Assembly: GCF_964204645.1 (NCBI RefSeq)
Contig: NC_134032.1
Location: 9,288,275 to 9,352,274 of the forward strand
Length of the DNA stretch: 64,000 bases
Direction: 5' to 3'
DNA from: Tubulanus polymorphus
Taxonomy: Eukaryota; Animalia; Nemertea
Shown: one piece after another, positions 63,506-64,000 of the stretch
Position numbering within the stretch: position 1 is the stretch's first letter
How the letters are laid out: each line of letters opens with the position of its first letter
The notes under the pieces: generated by a model
Told to the model about the DNA's origin: nothing
The model's database searches: none
The model's input: the letters and a program-made list of their open reading frames with translations, nothing else
Translations under genes and position numbers: made by a program

Positions 63506-63794
63506 TTCACCCCTTTCAGTGTATCTACACTGCAGTGCGATGTATTACTCGGTGGTGGACTTCGTTAGTACACCGCGTCGCATGTGTATCCATGTAATTA
63601 CCGGTAGGTTTTACCTATTGAAAGATGGCTGCACTTCGATAAACATAGTGAAATATTAGTAACTAACAATACACCGCACCGCAGTGTAGACGTACTGTAG
63701 TGGTGTGCCCATTTAAACAACACACAGTGGTGGAACTTTCAAATCATCTCTCCAGCACTTTCGGGCATTAATTAGTCAGCACTGAAAGGGTTAA
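63506..63794. mobile_element. piggyBac-like MITE, second copy
   Basis: CCCTTTCAGTG...CACTGAAAGGG-TTAA; internal similarity to 18784-19037. Confidence 0.75.
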
Positions 63795-64000
63795 CCCAAA
63801 ACTGCGGGAGTGGGTACGCAAGTTCATTAACTAAAGCGTGCCAAGTTCACGTTGATTGCAGATCGATTTGACTAAGCGCCCTTAAGTCATTATAAAGCCG
63901 CCATCTAGCGGCAACTAGCTATTACAAGGATCTCGAAGCTCACATTTTTTCATTTTTTTTTAAGCCAAACATTTCTCGCCAAGCCACGCAGCTCTGCTAG

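Overview
Animal genomic DNA, AT-rich with GT-AG introns. The gene content suggests a marine invertebrate, probably lophotrochozoan (inference). Genes: the 3' 20 exons of EPG5 (+, 4536-18728); a giant-exon CUB/C-type-lectin gene on the minus strand, apparently nested in an upstream EPG5 intron; a second secreted CUB gene that breaks off mid-domain; a complete 5-exon secreted DUF4773-like gene (-); two tandem TMEM53/DUF829-family genes (+); and a candidate Cys-containing last exon near the right edge. Mobile DNA: a decayed LINE, a disrupted Harbinger transposon, a tRNA-SINE, a Helentron-like element, many MITEs and Penelope-type hammerhead ribozyme fragments, one intact. The most unusual structure is a ~1.8 kb composite repeat at 20.5-24.7 kb and 35.7-38.1 kb. 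It joins tandem ~74-nt tRNA-like B-box units, a module with two full-length CTCF-type motifs, and a gapless but ~22%-diverged fold-back. It may be a mobile insulator/boundary cassette. No CRISPR, rRNA or true tRNA genes were seen. All alignments and counts were done by eye.
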